From Candidatus Hydrogenedentota bacterium (lineage in GTDB: Bacteria; Hydrogenedentota; Hydrogenedentia; Hydrogenedentales; SLHB01): a stretch of 16,535 nucleotides of DNA. Each line of letters opens with the position of its first letter. Positions within the stretch are counted from its first letter, which is position 1. The notes under the pieces were generated by a model. It worked only from the letters and a program-made list of their open reading frames with translations, was not told where the DNA came from and made no database searches. Where the stretch lies: the NCBI GenBank assembly GCA_029974275.1, contig JARKSN010000317.1, forward strand, positions 1 to 16,535, read 5' to 3'. The translations under genes were made by a program, and so were the position numbers. Of the stretch, positions 7,811 to 15,328 are shown in pieces.

Positions 7811-9319
7811 CTAGCCACAATTCGGAAGACGTCCGCTCTCGATAAGACCGATGAACACGCCCGCGATCGCAGCGTCAAATTGGGTTCCCGAACACCGTTT
7901 CAATTCCGTGACGATCTGATCCGGCGTCATGGCCTTGCGGTAGGCGCGATCGCTCGACATGGCGTCATAGGAATCGGCAATGGCCAGCACGCGCGCCAGA
8001 TCGAATATCTGATCGCCGGAAAGGCGATCCGGGTACCCCTGGCCATCGATGCGCTCATGGTGTGAGCGAACCAACGCCAAGTGCCCCTTCGTGAGAAAAC
8101 TCACCGGAGCCAACACATCATACCCGATGACGGGATGACGCTTGATGGACTCCCACTCATCATCGGACAGCTTGGTCTCCTTGTTCAACACCGCGTCCGA
8201 TATGCCCACCTTGCCCAGATCATGCAAGGCGCCGCCAAGACGCAACGTCTCGATATCATGACGCGACATCCCCATCTCGCACGCCACGCAAACCGCATAT
8301 TCACTAACGCGTTGGCTATGGCCATGGGTATACGCATCCTTGGCTTCGAGCAACAACGCCATCGACCGCAACGTCGCCAAGTGCGCGTCTTCGACGTCCT
8401 TCAACAACCGCACGTTTTCAATCGCGACCGCCGCATGATTGGCCACGATGCTGACGGTCTTGAGATCGCTCTCGGTAAACTGGCCATTCCCCCGCTTCTG
8501 GCGCACGTTCAACACAGCCAGCACGGGCGTTCCATGGCGAACGCGCTTGCCCGCAGCGCGACCGTTCTTCGAGGTTTTCCCCTCCAGCGGCACCGATATC
8601 AACGAGGCGTCCGGAAGACCTTGGATCATTTCCTTGAGTTCAGGACTCGCCTGAGCGTCCTCGATGAGCAACGGCTTGCCATGCTTCGCCACCCAACCGG
8701 GAACGCTCGCACCCAACTCAACCGCCCCCGCCGCATCCTCTGGCGAACCCACGCTCGTCGCAACTTCCAAACGATTTCCATCTGGGTTCATCAGCATGAG
8801 CGATCCCCGCTCCGCCCCAACCCGATCGAGAGTCGCCCGCAAGACAAAATCCAACAAGATGTTCTCATCATGAATAGACGCGATGCGCTCGCTGATATTG
8901 AAGAGTTCCGTCAATTCGCGTAAACGGGCATTTTCATTCATAAGGCGGTAGCGTTCAATCGCATTGGTCACGGCGAGACGTATCTCGCTCAGGCTGAATG
9001 GCTTCAGGACGTAATCGTAGGCTCCCTCGCGCACCGCGTCCCGCGCGGTCTCGAGCGTCGCAAACCCCGTCATCACGATGGGAATGATGGAAGGATGTAG
9101 CTTTCGCGCCGCACGAATGAGATCGATGCCTCCCATTTCCGGCATCATGATATCCGTAAACAGAAGCACAAAATGGGGATCGTGCGCGAGCATATCGAGC
9201 GCTACGGCCCCGCTCGACGCCGTAGCTATTTCAAAACCTTCATCAGCAAGAATATCGACCATGAGATCTCGAATGACCGCCTCATCGTCGACAACCAAAA
9301 TCTTCGCTTTGTCAGACAT
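7811..9319 (-). CDS. Response regulator with REC-GAF-HD-GYP architecture (putative c-di-GMP phosphodiesterase)
   Basis: REC motifs ILVVDDE, LFTDIMMP, VMTG, YVLKPF. GAF motifs AERGSLML...GWVAKHGKPLLIED...SVPL...VLNV...FTESD. HD-GYP motifs EAKDAYTHGHSQRV, LHDLGK, HHERIDGQGYP, ADSYDAMSSDRAYRK. Confidence 0.93.
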   Translation of the reverse strand: MSDKAKILVVDDEAVIRDLMVDILADEGFEIATASSGAVALDMLAHDPHFVLLFTDIMMPEMGGIDLIRAARKLHPSIIPIVMTGFATLETARDAVREGAYDYVLKPFSLSEIRLAVTNAIERYRLMNENARLRELTELFNISERIASIHDENILLDFVLRATLDRVGAERGSLMLMNPDGNRLEVATSVGSPEDAAGAVELGASVPGWVAKHGKPLLIEDAQASPELKEMIQGLPDASLISVPLEGKTSKNGRAAGKRVRHGTPVLAVLNVRQKRGNGQFTESDLKTVSIVANHAAVAIENVRLLKDVEDAHLATLRSMALLLEAKDAYTHGHSQRVSEYAVCVACEMGMSRHDIETLRLGGALHDLGKVGISDAVLNKETKLSDDEWESIKRHPVIGYDVLAPVSFLTKGHLALVRSHHERIDGQGYPDRLSGDQIFDLARVLAIADSYDAMSSDRAYRKAMTPDQIVTELKRCSGTQFDAAIAGVFIGLIESGRLPNCG

Positions 9320-9355
9320 TCACTACCCCATGCCCATCTCGCATACACGCAGGGA

Positions 9356-9364
9356 AGTATACCA
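9356..9364 (-). promoter_or_regulatory. Extended -10 promoter element for the HD-GYP gene
   Basis: The minus strand reads TGGTATACT (TGn-TATACT) about 36 bp upstream of the ATG at 9319, in the argH/HD-GYP gap. Confidence 0.5.
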
Positions 9365-9435
9365 CAATTCGTTCACGAAGCCTCCAACAAAAGATGGGCC
9401 ATTTCCGAAGCGCCACGTAGAAAACGTGCGTTCGC

Positions 9436-10806
9436 CTATAACGCCTGCTTCGCGCGACGCAAGGCCGCGCGCACTTGACTCGGCGCGGTGCCGCCAAGCG
9501 TAGCCCGACGTCGAACAATCGCTTCCGGCGCGAGCGAACCGATCACATCTTCGGCAAAAAGAACCGAAAATTGACGCAGCTCATCGAGCGACAGCTCCGG
9601 CATGGTCTTGCCCGCCCGAATGCAATAGAGCACGAGCTTGCCAGTCACCTCGTGCGCTTCGCGGAACGGCATGCCCTTGGCGGCGAGATAATCGGCGACG
9701 TCCGTCGCTTCCAGGAAACCATCGCGCGTGGCGGCCCGCATGCGGTCGGCATTGAAACGAATAGACGGCAACATGCGCATCACGACGGCCAAACACAACT
9801 GCAAGGTGTCGCTCGCGTCGAACAACGGCTCTTTGTCCTCCTGCAAGTCGCGGTTGTACGTCATCGGCAACCCCTTGAGGATCGTCAATAGCGCCGTCAG
9901 ATCGCCATACACCCGCCCCGTCTTGCCCCGCACCAACTCGGCCACGTCGGGGTTCTTCTTCTGCGGCATGATGCTCGAACCCGTCGCGAACGCATCGCCG
10001 ATTTCGATAAACGCAAATTCAGGGGTCGACCACAGGATCAGCTCTTCGCTCAATCGCGAGAGGTGCATCATCGCGATCGCCGCTGCGGAACAAAACTCGA
10101 TGGCATAGTCTCGGTCGCTCACGGCGTCCATGCTGTTCGTCGAAATCGCGTCAAAACCCAACGCCTTCGCGACCTGCTTGCGGTCGATCGGATGCGGCGT
10201 TCCGGCCAACGCGGCGGAACCCAGCGGCATCACGTTGACGCGTTTGCGCAATTCGATGAACCGCTGACGGTCGCGTCCGAACATCTCGAAATAGGCAAGC
10301 AAATGGTGGGCAAGCAATACGGGCTGCGCGTGTTGCATGTGCGTGCAACCCGGCAACACGACGTCGATATGCCGTTCCGCAAGCGCAACGAATACAGCCT
10401 GCAACGCGCGGCACAACTCGATGATGCGATCAACCTGATCGCGCGTCCACAGGCGCACGTCGAGCGACACCTGATCGTTGCGACTGCGCGCGGTGTGCAG
10501 GCGTTTGCCCGCATCGCCGATGCGCTCCACCAGGGCGACCTCGATGTTGGTGTGAACGTCTTCGAGGTCCTGCCGCCAAACGAATGCGCCGGCCTTGATG
10601 TCTTTCTCGACATCGCCCAACCCGCGCACAATCGCGCGCGCATCCTTCTTCGAAATAATGCCCTGCGCGCCGAGCATCGTCGCATGCGCGATGCTCCCGC
10701 GAATGTCGTGCACTGCGAGTCGCGCATCAAACGACACCGACTCGCCTAAGCGTTCCACCAACGCGTCCGGCTCGCCTTCGAAACGCCCGCCCCATTGTTT
10801 CGCCAT
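9436..10806 (-). CDS. argH: Argininosuccinate lyase
   Basis: Motifs WGGRF, EDVHTNIE, LHTARSRNDQ, PGCTHMQHAQP, fumarase-family signature GSSIMPQKKNPD, YNRDLQEDKE, GMPFREAH. Confidence 0.98.
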   Translation of the reverse strand: MAKQWGGRFEGEPDALVERLGESVSFDARLAVHDIRGSIAHATMLGAQGIISKKDARAIVRGLGDVEKDIKAGAFVWRQDLEDVHTNIEVALVERIGDAGKRLHTARSRNDQVSLDVRLWTRDQVDRIIELCRALQAVFVALAERHIDVVLPGCTHMQHAQPVLLAHHLLAYFEMFGRDRQRFIELRKRVNVMPLGSAALAGTPHPIDRKQVAKALGFDAISTNSMDAVSDRDYAIEFCSAAAIAMMHLSRLSEELILWSTPEFAFIEIGDAFATGSSIMPQKKNPDVAELVRGKTGRVYGDLTALLTILKGLPMTYNRDLQEDKEPLFDASDTLQLCLAVVMRMLPSIRFNADRMRAATRDGFLEATDVADYLAAKGMPFREAHEVTGKLVLYCIRAGKTMPELSLDELRQFSVLFAEDVIGSLAPEAIVRRRATLGGTAPSQVRAALRRAKQAL

Positions 10807-10828
10807 GATTCGCTCCGTTAGATCATCA

Positions 10829-10856
10829 GGGAACCCTTTTTGAAAAAAAGTTTCCC
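10829..10856. repeat. Intergenic imperfect inverted repeat (stem-loop) between argG and argH
   Basis: GGGAACCCTTTTTGAAAAAAAGTTTCCC. On the mRNA strand, GGGAA pairs with TTCCC and an inner U/A stem closes a 4-nt loop. Confidence 0.5.
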
Positions 10857-10867
10857 CCGGTTCTCAA

Positions 10868-12079
10868 TCACAATCCCGCATTCTTCCGAACCCGAAGCCG
10901 CAGCGCATTCAAGCGAATGAATGCGCCCGCGTCGGCTTGTTGGTAAGCGCCTTCGTCTTCTTCGAAGGTCGATATTTTCGCGTCGTAGAGGCTCTTCGGG
11001 GCTTTGCGTCCGACGATCGTGCAGGAGCCTTTGTACAGTTTCACGCGCGCGGTGCCGGTGACGTTCTCCTGCGTCTTGTCGACCATCGACATCATCAGGC
11101 GCATCTCCGGCGAGAACCAGAAACCGTTATAGATGAGTTGCGCGATTTTCGGCGACATCTGGTCGCGGGTCAACATGACTTCGCGATCCATCGTGATCGA
11201 CTCAACCGCGCGATGCGCCGCGTACAGCACCGTGCCGCCGGGCGTCTCGTACACGCCGCGCGACTTCATGCCGACGAAGCGATTTTCGACCATATCTACA
11301 CGCCCGACACCGTGGTTGCCCGCGAAGGTATTCAGTTTGCGCATGAGCGCCGCGGGCGACAGGCGTTCGCCATTCACCGCAACAGGCCAACCTTCCTCGA
11401 AATCGATCTCGACATACTCCGGCGCGTCCGGCGCCTTGCGTGGATCCGTTGTCAACAAGAACATATCATCCGGCGGTTCCGACCACGGGTCTTCCAGAAT
11501 GCCGCCTTCGAACGAGATATGCAACAGATTGCGGTCACTCGAATACGGCTTCTTCGCCGTCACCGGCACCGGGATGCCGTGCGCTTTCGCATAATCGATC
11601 ATCTTCGTGCGGCTGATCAGGTCCCACTTCGGGTCACGCCACGGCGCGATGATCGTTACGTTTGGCTCCAACGCGTAATATGTCAGCTCGAAACGCACTT
11701 GATCATTACCCTTGCCCGTGGCGCCATGCGCGACGGCATCCGCGTTCTCCTTGCGGAGCACATCGATCTGTGCCTTCGCGATGAGCGGACGCGCCACGCT
11801 CGTCCCGAGAAAATACGTGCCCTCATAGAGCGCATTCGCGCGCATCGTCGGAAACACATACTCCTTCGCGAACTCCTCCGCGAGATCCTCGCAATACACC
11901 GCGCATGCGCCCGTGTCTATGGCCTTCTGACGCGCCGGTTCCGTTTCCTCCGCCTGACCTACGTCCGCGATGAACGCGACCACTTCCGCCTTATACGTCT
12001 CCTGCAGCCACTTCAAAATCACCGACGTATCCAGCCCGCCCGAATACGCCAACACGATTTTCTTCACTGACCCAGCCAT
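10868..12079 (-). CDS. argG: Argininosuccinate synthase (403 aa)
   Basis: Motifs [70 protein letters not shown]. Start set at ATG 12079 (MAGSVKKIV) after SD AAGGA rather than 12133. Confidence 0.98.
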   Translation of the reverse strand: MAGSVKKIVLAYSGGLDTSVILKWLQETYKAEVVAFIADVGQAEETEPARQKAIDTGACAVYCEDLAEEFAKEYVFPTMRANALYEGTYFLGTSVARPLIAKAQIDVLRKENADAVAHGATGKGNDQVRFELTYYALEPNVTIIAPWRDPKWDLISRTKMIDYAKAHGIPVPVTAKKPYSSDRNLLHISFEGGILEDPWSEPPDDMFLLTTDPRKAPDAPEYVEIDFEEGWPVAVNGERLSPAALMRKLNTFAGNHGVGRVDMVENRFVGMKSRGVYETPGGTVLYAAHRAVESITMDREVMLTRDQMSPKIAQLIYNGFWFSPEMRLMMSMVDKTQENVTGTARVKLYKGSCTIVGRKAPKSLYDAKISTFEEDEGAYQQADAGAFIRLNALRLRVRKNAGL

Positions 12080-12214
12080 AGTTTTCCTTGCCTCCATGTC
12101 CCCTTTCGGGGCTTTTTTCTTTATTACATACACTTCATCTCGTCTCCTGCTTTATCGCCGCATATGCGCATAGGAGGCACGCCCTTGTGCGCAACGAACT
12201 TTGCGCAGCGAATC

Positions 12215-12242
12215 GTTATAAGAGAAAGAGAATGGTTGCCAA
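12215..12242 (-). promoter_or_regulatory. Candidate sigma70 promoter for argGH
   Basis: Minus strand TTGGCA (12242-12237), 16-bp spacer, TATAAC (12220-12215). Confidence 0.4.
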
Positions 12243-12303
12243 GGCAGAACAGATGATACCTGCACCGCTCCAATAAATTCCAGGGGGGGCCGATTTTCAG
12301 GCG

Positions 12304-12333
12304 TTGACTATCAACGGTCCGTTTCCATACGAT
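12304..12333 (+). promoter_or_regulatory. Candidate sigma70 promoter for gltA
   Basis: TTGACT (12304-12309), 18-bp spacer, TACGAT (12328-12333). The -35 sits inside the dyad CGTTGA-CTA-TCAACG. Confidence 0.45.
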
Positions 12334-12457
12334 AACGCCTTGACTCCGGAAGATGGAAGCGGCCCCACCGCTACAGTCTAGGTAGGTAGGCATGGAATGG
12401 CGCTTTAGTAGAGTCCAGGGTGGCCGTTTTGCCCCAACCGCAATGGAGGGAAGCTGT

Positions 12458-13768
12458 ATGAGCACGGCAAAGTTGATCCTCGACGGCAAGGAGCATGAGT
12501 TCCCGGTAATCGTGGGAACCGAACAGGAAACCGCCATCGACATTACGACGCTCCGACAACGCACCGGCGCCATCACGCTCGATCCGGGCTACGCCAACAC
12601 GGGCTCATGCGTCAGTTCCATCACGTTCATCGATGGCGAAACGGGCATTCTGCGGTATCGGGGCATTCCCATCGAAGACCTGTGCGCATCCGCCAAGTTC
12701 CCGGAAGTCTGCTACCTACTCATCTACGGGCATCTGCCGAACAGCGAAGAAGGAGCAGAGTGGCGGCGCCAACTTACCCTGAACAGCTTTCTTCACCAGA
12801 GCATGATCAATTTCTTCGATCACTTCCCGGTCACTGCGCACCCGATGGCCATACTGTCGGCCATGGTGGCCACGCTTTCCGCGTTCTACCCGGACGTGAT
12901 GGACGATAAAAAGATCGACCTTAGTATCGTGCGGCTTCTCGCAAAAGCCAAGACGTTCGCCGCCTATTCGTTCAAGAAATCCATCGGCGAACCGGCGGTC
13001 TATCCGCGCACGGACCACAGCTATGCGGCAAACTTCCTGCGCATGATGTTCGCGACGCCAGCGGAGTTTTACGAGGTTTCGCCCGTACTCGAAAACGCGC
13101 TAAATATGCTGCTCATTGTTCACGCCGACCACGAACAGAACTGCAGCACTTCGACGGTGCGGATGGTCGGCAGCAGTCTGTCCAACCTGTATTCCAGCAT
13201 CTCGGCGGCTATATCGGCGTTGTGGGGGCCTCTGCACGGCGGAGCCAACGAGGCGGTCATCAACATGTTGCAGGCCATTCATCGGGATGGCGGCAACTAT
13301 CGCAAGTATGTCGACATGGCCAAGAAAAAAGACAGCGGTTTCCGGCTCATGGGTTTTGGCCACCGGGTGTACAAGAATTACGATCCTCGCGCCACCATCC
13401 TCAAGCGTGAGGTTGACCTGGTGTTGGGCGCGCTGGGCGTGACGGACCCATTGGTGGATATTGCCAAGAACCTCGAAGACATTGCGCTCAAGGACGACTT
13501 CTTCGTCGAGCGGAAACTTTATCCGAACGTCGACTTCTACAGCGGCATTCTTTATCGCGCCATGGGCATTCCGATGGAGATGTTCACCGCTATGTTCGCG
13601 CTAGGACGCCTGCCCGGCTGGATTGCGCATTGGAAGGAAATGCGCGAAGACCCTGCAACGCGCATCCACCGTCCGCGACAGGTTTATGTCGGGCCAAACA
13701 AGACCGCGTTTACCCCCCTCGAAAAGCGGGAACGCAGCGCCTATCAGCCGAAATTCACAAAAGAATAG
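12458..13768 (+). CDS. gltA: Citrate synthase (GltA, long Gram-negative-type N-terminus; 436 aa)
   Basis: SD GGAGG at 12445-12449 before ATG 12458. Motifs DPGYANTGSC.S.ITFIDG..GILRYRG, HADHEQNCST, GPLHGGANE, LMGFGHRVYKNYDPRA, YPNVDFYSG, RPRQVY. Confidence 0.98.
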   Translation: MSTAKLILDGKEHEFPVIVGTEQETAIDITTLRQRTGAITLDPGYANTGSCVSSITFIDGETGILRYRGIPIEDLCASAKFPEVCYLLIYGHLPNSEEGAEWRRQLTLNSFLHQSMINFFDHFPVTAHPMAILSAMVATLSAFYPDVMDDKKIDLSIVRLLAKAKTFAAYSFKKSIGEPAVYPRTDHSYAANFLRMMFATPAEFYEVSPVLENALNMLLIVHADHEQNCSTSTVRMVGSSLSNLYSSISAAISALWGPLHGGANEAVINMLQAIHRDGGNYRKYVDMAKKKDSGFRLMGFGHRVYKNYDPRATILKREVDLVLGALGVTDPLVDIAKNLEDIALKDDFFVERKLYPNVDFYSGILYRAMGIPMEMFTAMFALGRLPGWIAHWKEMREDPATRIHRPRQVYVGPNKTAFTPLEKRERSAYQPKFTKE

Positions 13769-13799
13769 GCGGCGCATCGCTCCGTCCTCTGGGAACCAC

Positions 13800-13832
13800 A
13801 AGGCCGCGCTGGACGACCGGCGCGGCCTTCTT
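13800..13832 (+). terminator. Probable intrinsic terminator/stem-loop after gltA
   Basis: 13-bp stem AAGGCCGCGCTGG / CCGGCGCGGCCTT (one G-U pair) with a 4-nt loop ACGA, ending in a short interrupted U-run (TTCTT), 31 nt after the gltA stop. Confidence 0.65.
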
Positions 13833-13861
13833 GCATCAAGCGGGAAAGTTTTGTATCGAAC

Positions 13862-15271
13862 ATGAAGGCGTTTGACAAGGAATTGGTTTCGGGCAGCATC
13901 TTGCGGTCCGTGTGGAAGCTGGCATGGCCAAGCGTGCTGCTCAATCTCGTCAACGGATCGCAAGGCATGATCGCCCAGATCATCGTCGGCCATTATCTGG
14001 GCTACACCGCCAACGCTGCCATCAGCGCCTCCTGGCAGATGTACCTCGTGCTGTTTGTATTCCTGGCCTCCCTTTTCCAAGGGATGAACGTGATCATCTC
14101 TCGGCATGCCGGTATGCGAAACCGTGAAGCCCTTAGCAACGTGGCGTATCAGACCTTTCTGACGTCCGTCTTTCTGCTGCTTTTCGTCGCCGCGCCACTG
14201 GGTTACTTCGCGTCACCATATCTGCTCGACCTCGTCCACGCAGCCCCCGAAGTGCAAGCCCACGGGTTGCCCTATCTTCGTCTTCTGTTTACCTGCTCAA
14301 CGCCGCTATTCTTGATGATCCTCGTGACCAGCGCCTTCCAGGCGAGCGGCGATCCCAAAACCCCGCTTTTCCTTGGGTTCCTCACGGCATCGCTGAATGT
14401 CAGTCTAAGCGCCATGCTCATCACGGGTTTTGGACCGGCCCCACAGATGGGCGCAGCGGGAGCTGCCCTTGGGGCGAGCCTGGCCCCAGTGCCCGCCATC
14501 GTCATCGCCATTACCCAAATCGCCCGGGGCAAGACCATTCTTCAACTCCCGAGCCGCGCATCGCTCGTGCCCGATTTCAATATCATGCACGCCGTAGCGA
14601 AGGTTGGGCTTCCGACGGGCGTGCAGACCGTACTGCTCAACATTGGCGGCGTTATTCTGCTACGCAAGGTCGGAAGTCTTCCAAACAGCGCTGCCGCCCA
14701 AGCCGCCTACGGCATCTGCTACACTCAGCTTTTCATGGTCATCACGTGGACGGCCTTCGGCCTGCGCGGGGCCGCGAGTACGCTGATGGGGCAGAACCTG
14801 GGTGCGGGCAACCCCGATCGTGCGCGACGCTGCGTTCACACATCCGCCGCGATTGGATTCGTGTGGGCGATGCTCATCGGAATGATCTTTCACTTCTTTC
14901 CTGACAGACTGCTCGCCATATTCGACATCACCCAAAGCGATGCGTTGATGTATGGCCGTTCGCTTCTGAAATTCCTGTCGTTTTCGGGCGTGTTTCTGGC
15001 AACTGCCTTGGCAATCACCGGAGGACTTCAAGGAGCGGGAGACACGAAAGGCCCCATGTACATCGCGTTCCTGACTCAGATCATCGTCTTGCTCGGAATC
15101 GTGCAAGGCTTCGAGATATTCGGCCCACTCACTCCAAACCAGATATGGACCGCTATTCTCGTTGCACACCTGTCCCGCTTGATTTTTACATGGGGTCTGT
15201 TCCGCATGGGGCGATGGGCGCGCATCAAGCTCGACCTGGGCAACGAACCGACACCGGCTGTCCCTGAGTAA
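13862..15271 (+). CDS. MATE family (MOP superfamily) transporter
   Basis: About 12 hydrophobic segments in two repeated halves. Motifs G.I.R...KLAWP, FQASGDPKTP, MGAAGAA, VGLP, GQNLGAGN..RA, GLQGAGDTK.PM. Confidence 0.92.
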   Translation: MKAFDKELVSGSILRSVWKLAWPSVLLNLVNGSQGMIAQIIVGHYLGYTANAAISASWQMYLVLFVFLASLFQGMNVIISRHAGMRNREALSNVAYQTFLTSVFLLLFVAAPLGYFASPYLLDLVHAAPEVQAHGLPYLRLLFTCSTPLFLMILVTSAFQASGDPKTPLFLGFLTASLNVSLSAMLITGFGPAPQMGAAGAALGASLAPVPAIVIAITQIARGKTILQLPSRASLVPDFNIMHAVAKVGLPTGVQTVLLNIGGVILLRKVGSLPNSAAAQAAYGICYTQLFMVITWTAFGLRGAASTLMGQNLGAGNPDRARRCVHTSAAIGFVWAMLIGMIFHFFPDRLLAIFDITQSDALMYGRSLLKFLSFSGVFLATALAITGGLQGAGDTKGPMYIAFLTQIIVLLGIVQGFEIFGPLTPNQIWTAILVAHLSRLIFTWGLFRMGRWARIKLDLGNEPTPAVPE

Positions 15272-15275
15272 ACAC

Positions 15276-15292
15276 AAAGGGCCTCGCCCTTT
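15276..15292. terminator. Short possible bidirectional terminator hairpin between convergent genes
   Basis: AAAGGGC-CTC-GCCCTTT directly after the MATE stop. The stem is short and U-tails are only 3 nt. Confidence 0.35.
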
Positions 15293-15328
15293 CAGACAAG
15301 ACCCTTCGCGCAACGAATTGCCCCTGAA

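Noticed and set aside
10937..12070. 377-aa + strand ORF antisense to argG, ending near a terminator-like hairpin
   Set aside because: It mirrors argG codons, is Arg/His-rich with no recognisable motif, and is a typical shadow ORF of GC-rich genes.
12080..12300. Canonical ArgR ARG boxes upstream of argG
   Set aside because: No tandem TGAAT/ATTCA-type 18-bp boxes were found.
12080..12457. Extended starts for argG (12133) and gltA (12392), small ORFs 12088-12276, 12124-12576 and 12371-12559, and a possible leader peptide or riboswitch
   Set aside because: Better SD-supported starts exist at 12079 and 12458. I saw no Arg-codon-rich leader on the argG strand with an attenuator and no riboswitch consensus that I can recognise.
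15308..15317. GCGCAACGAA identical to 12189-12198
   Set aside because: A single 10-bp match is expected by chance in 16.5 kb, and the second dyad arm is not preserved.
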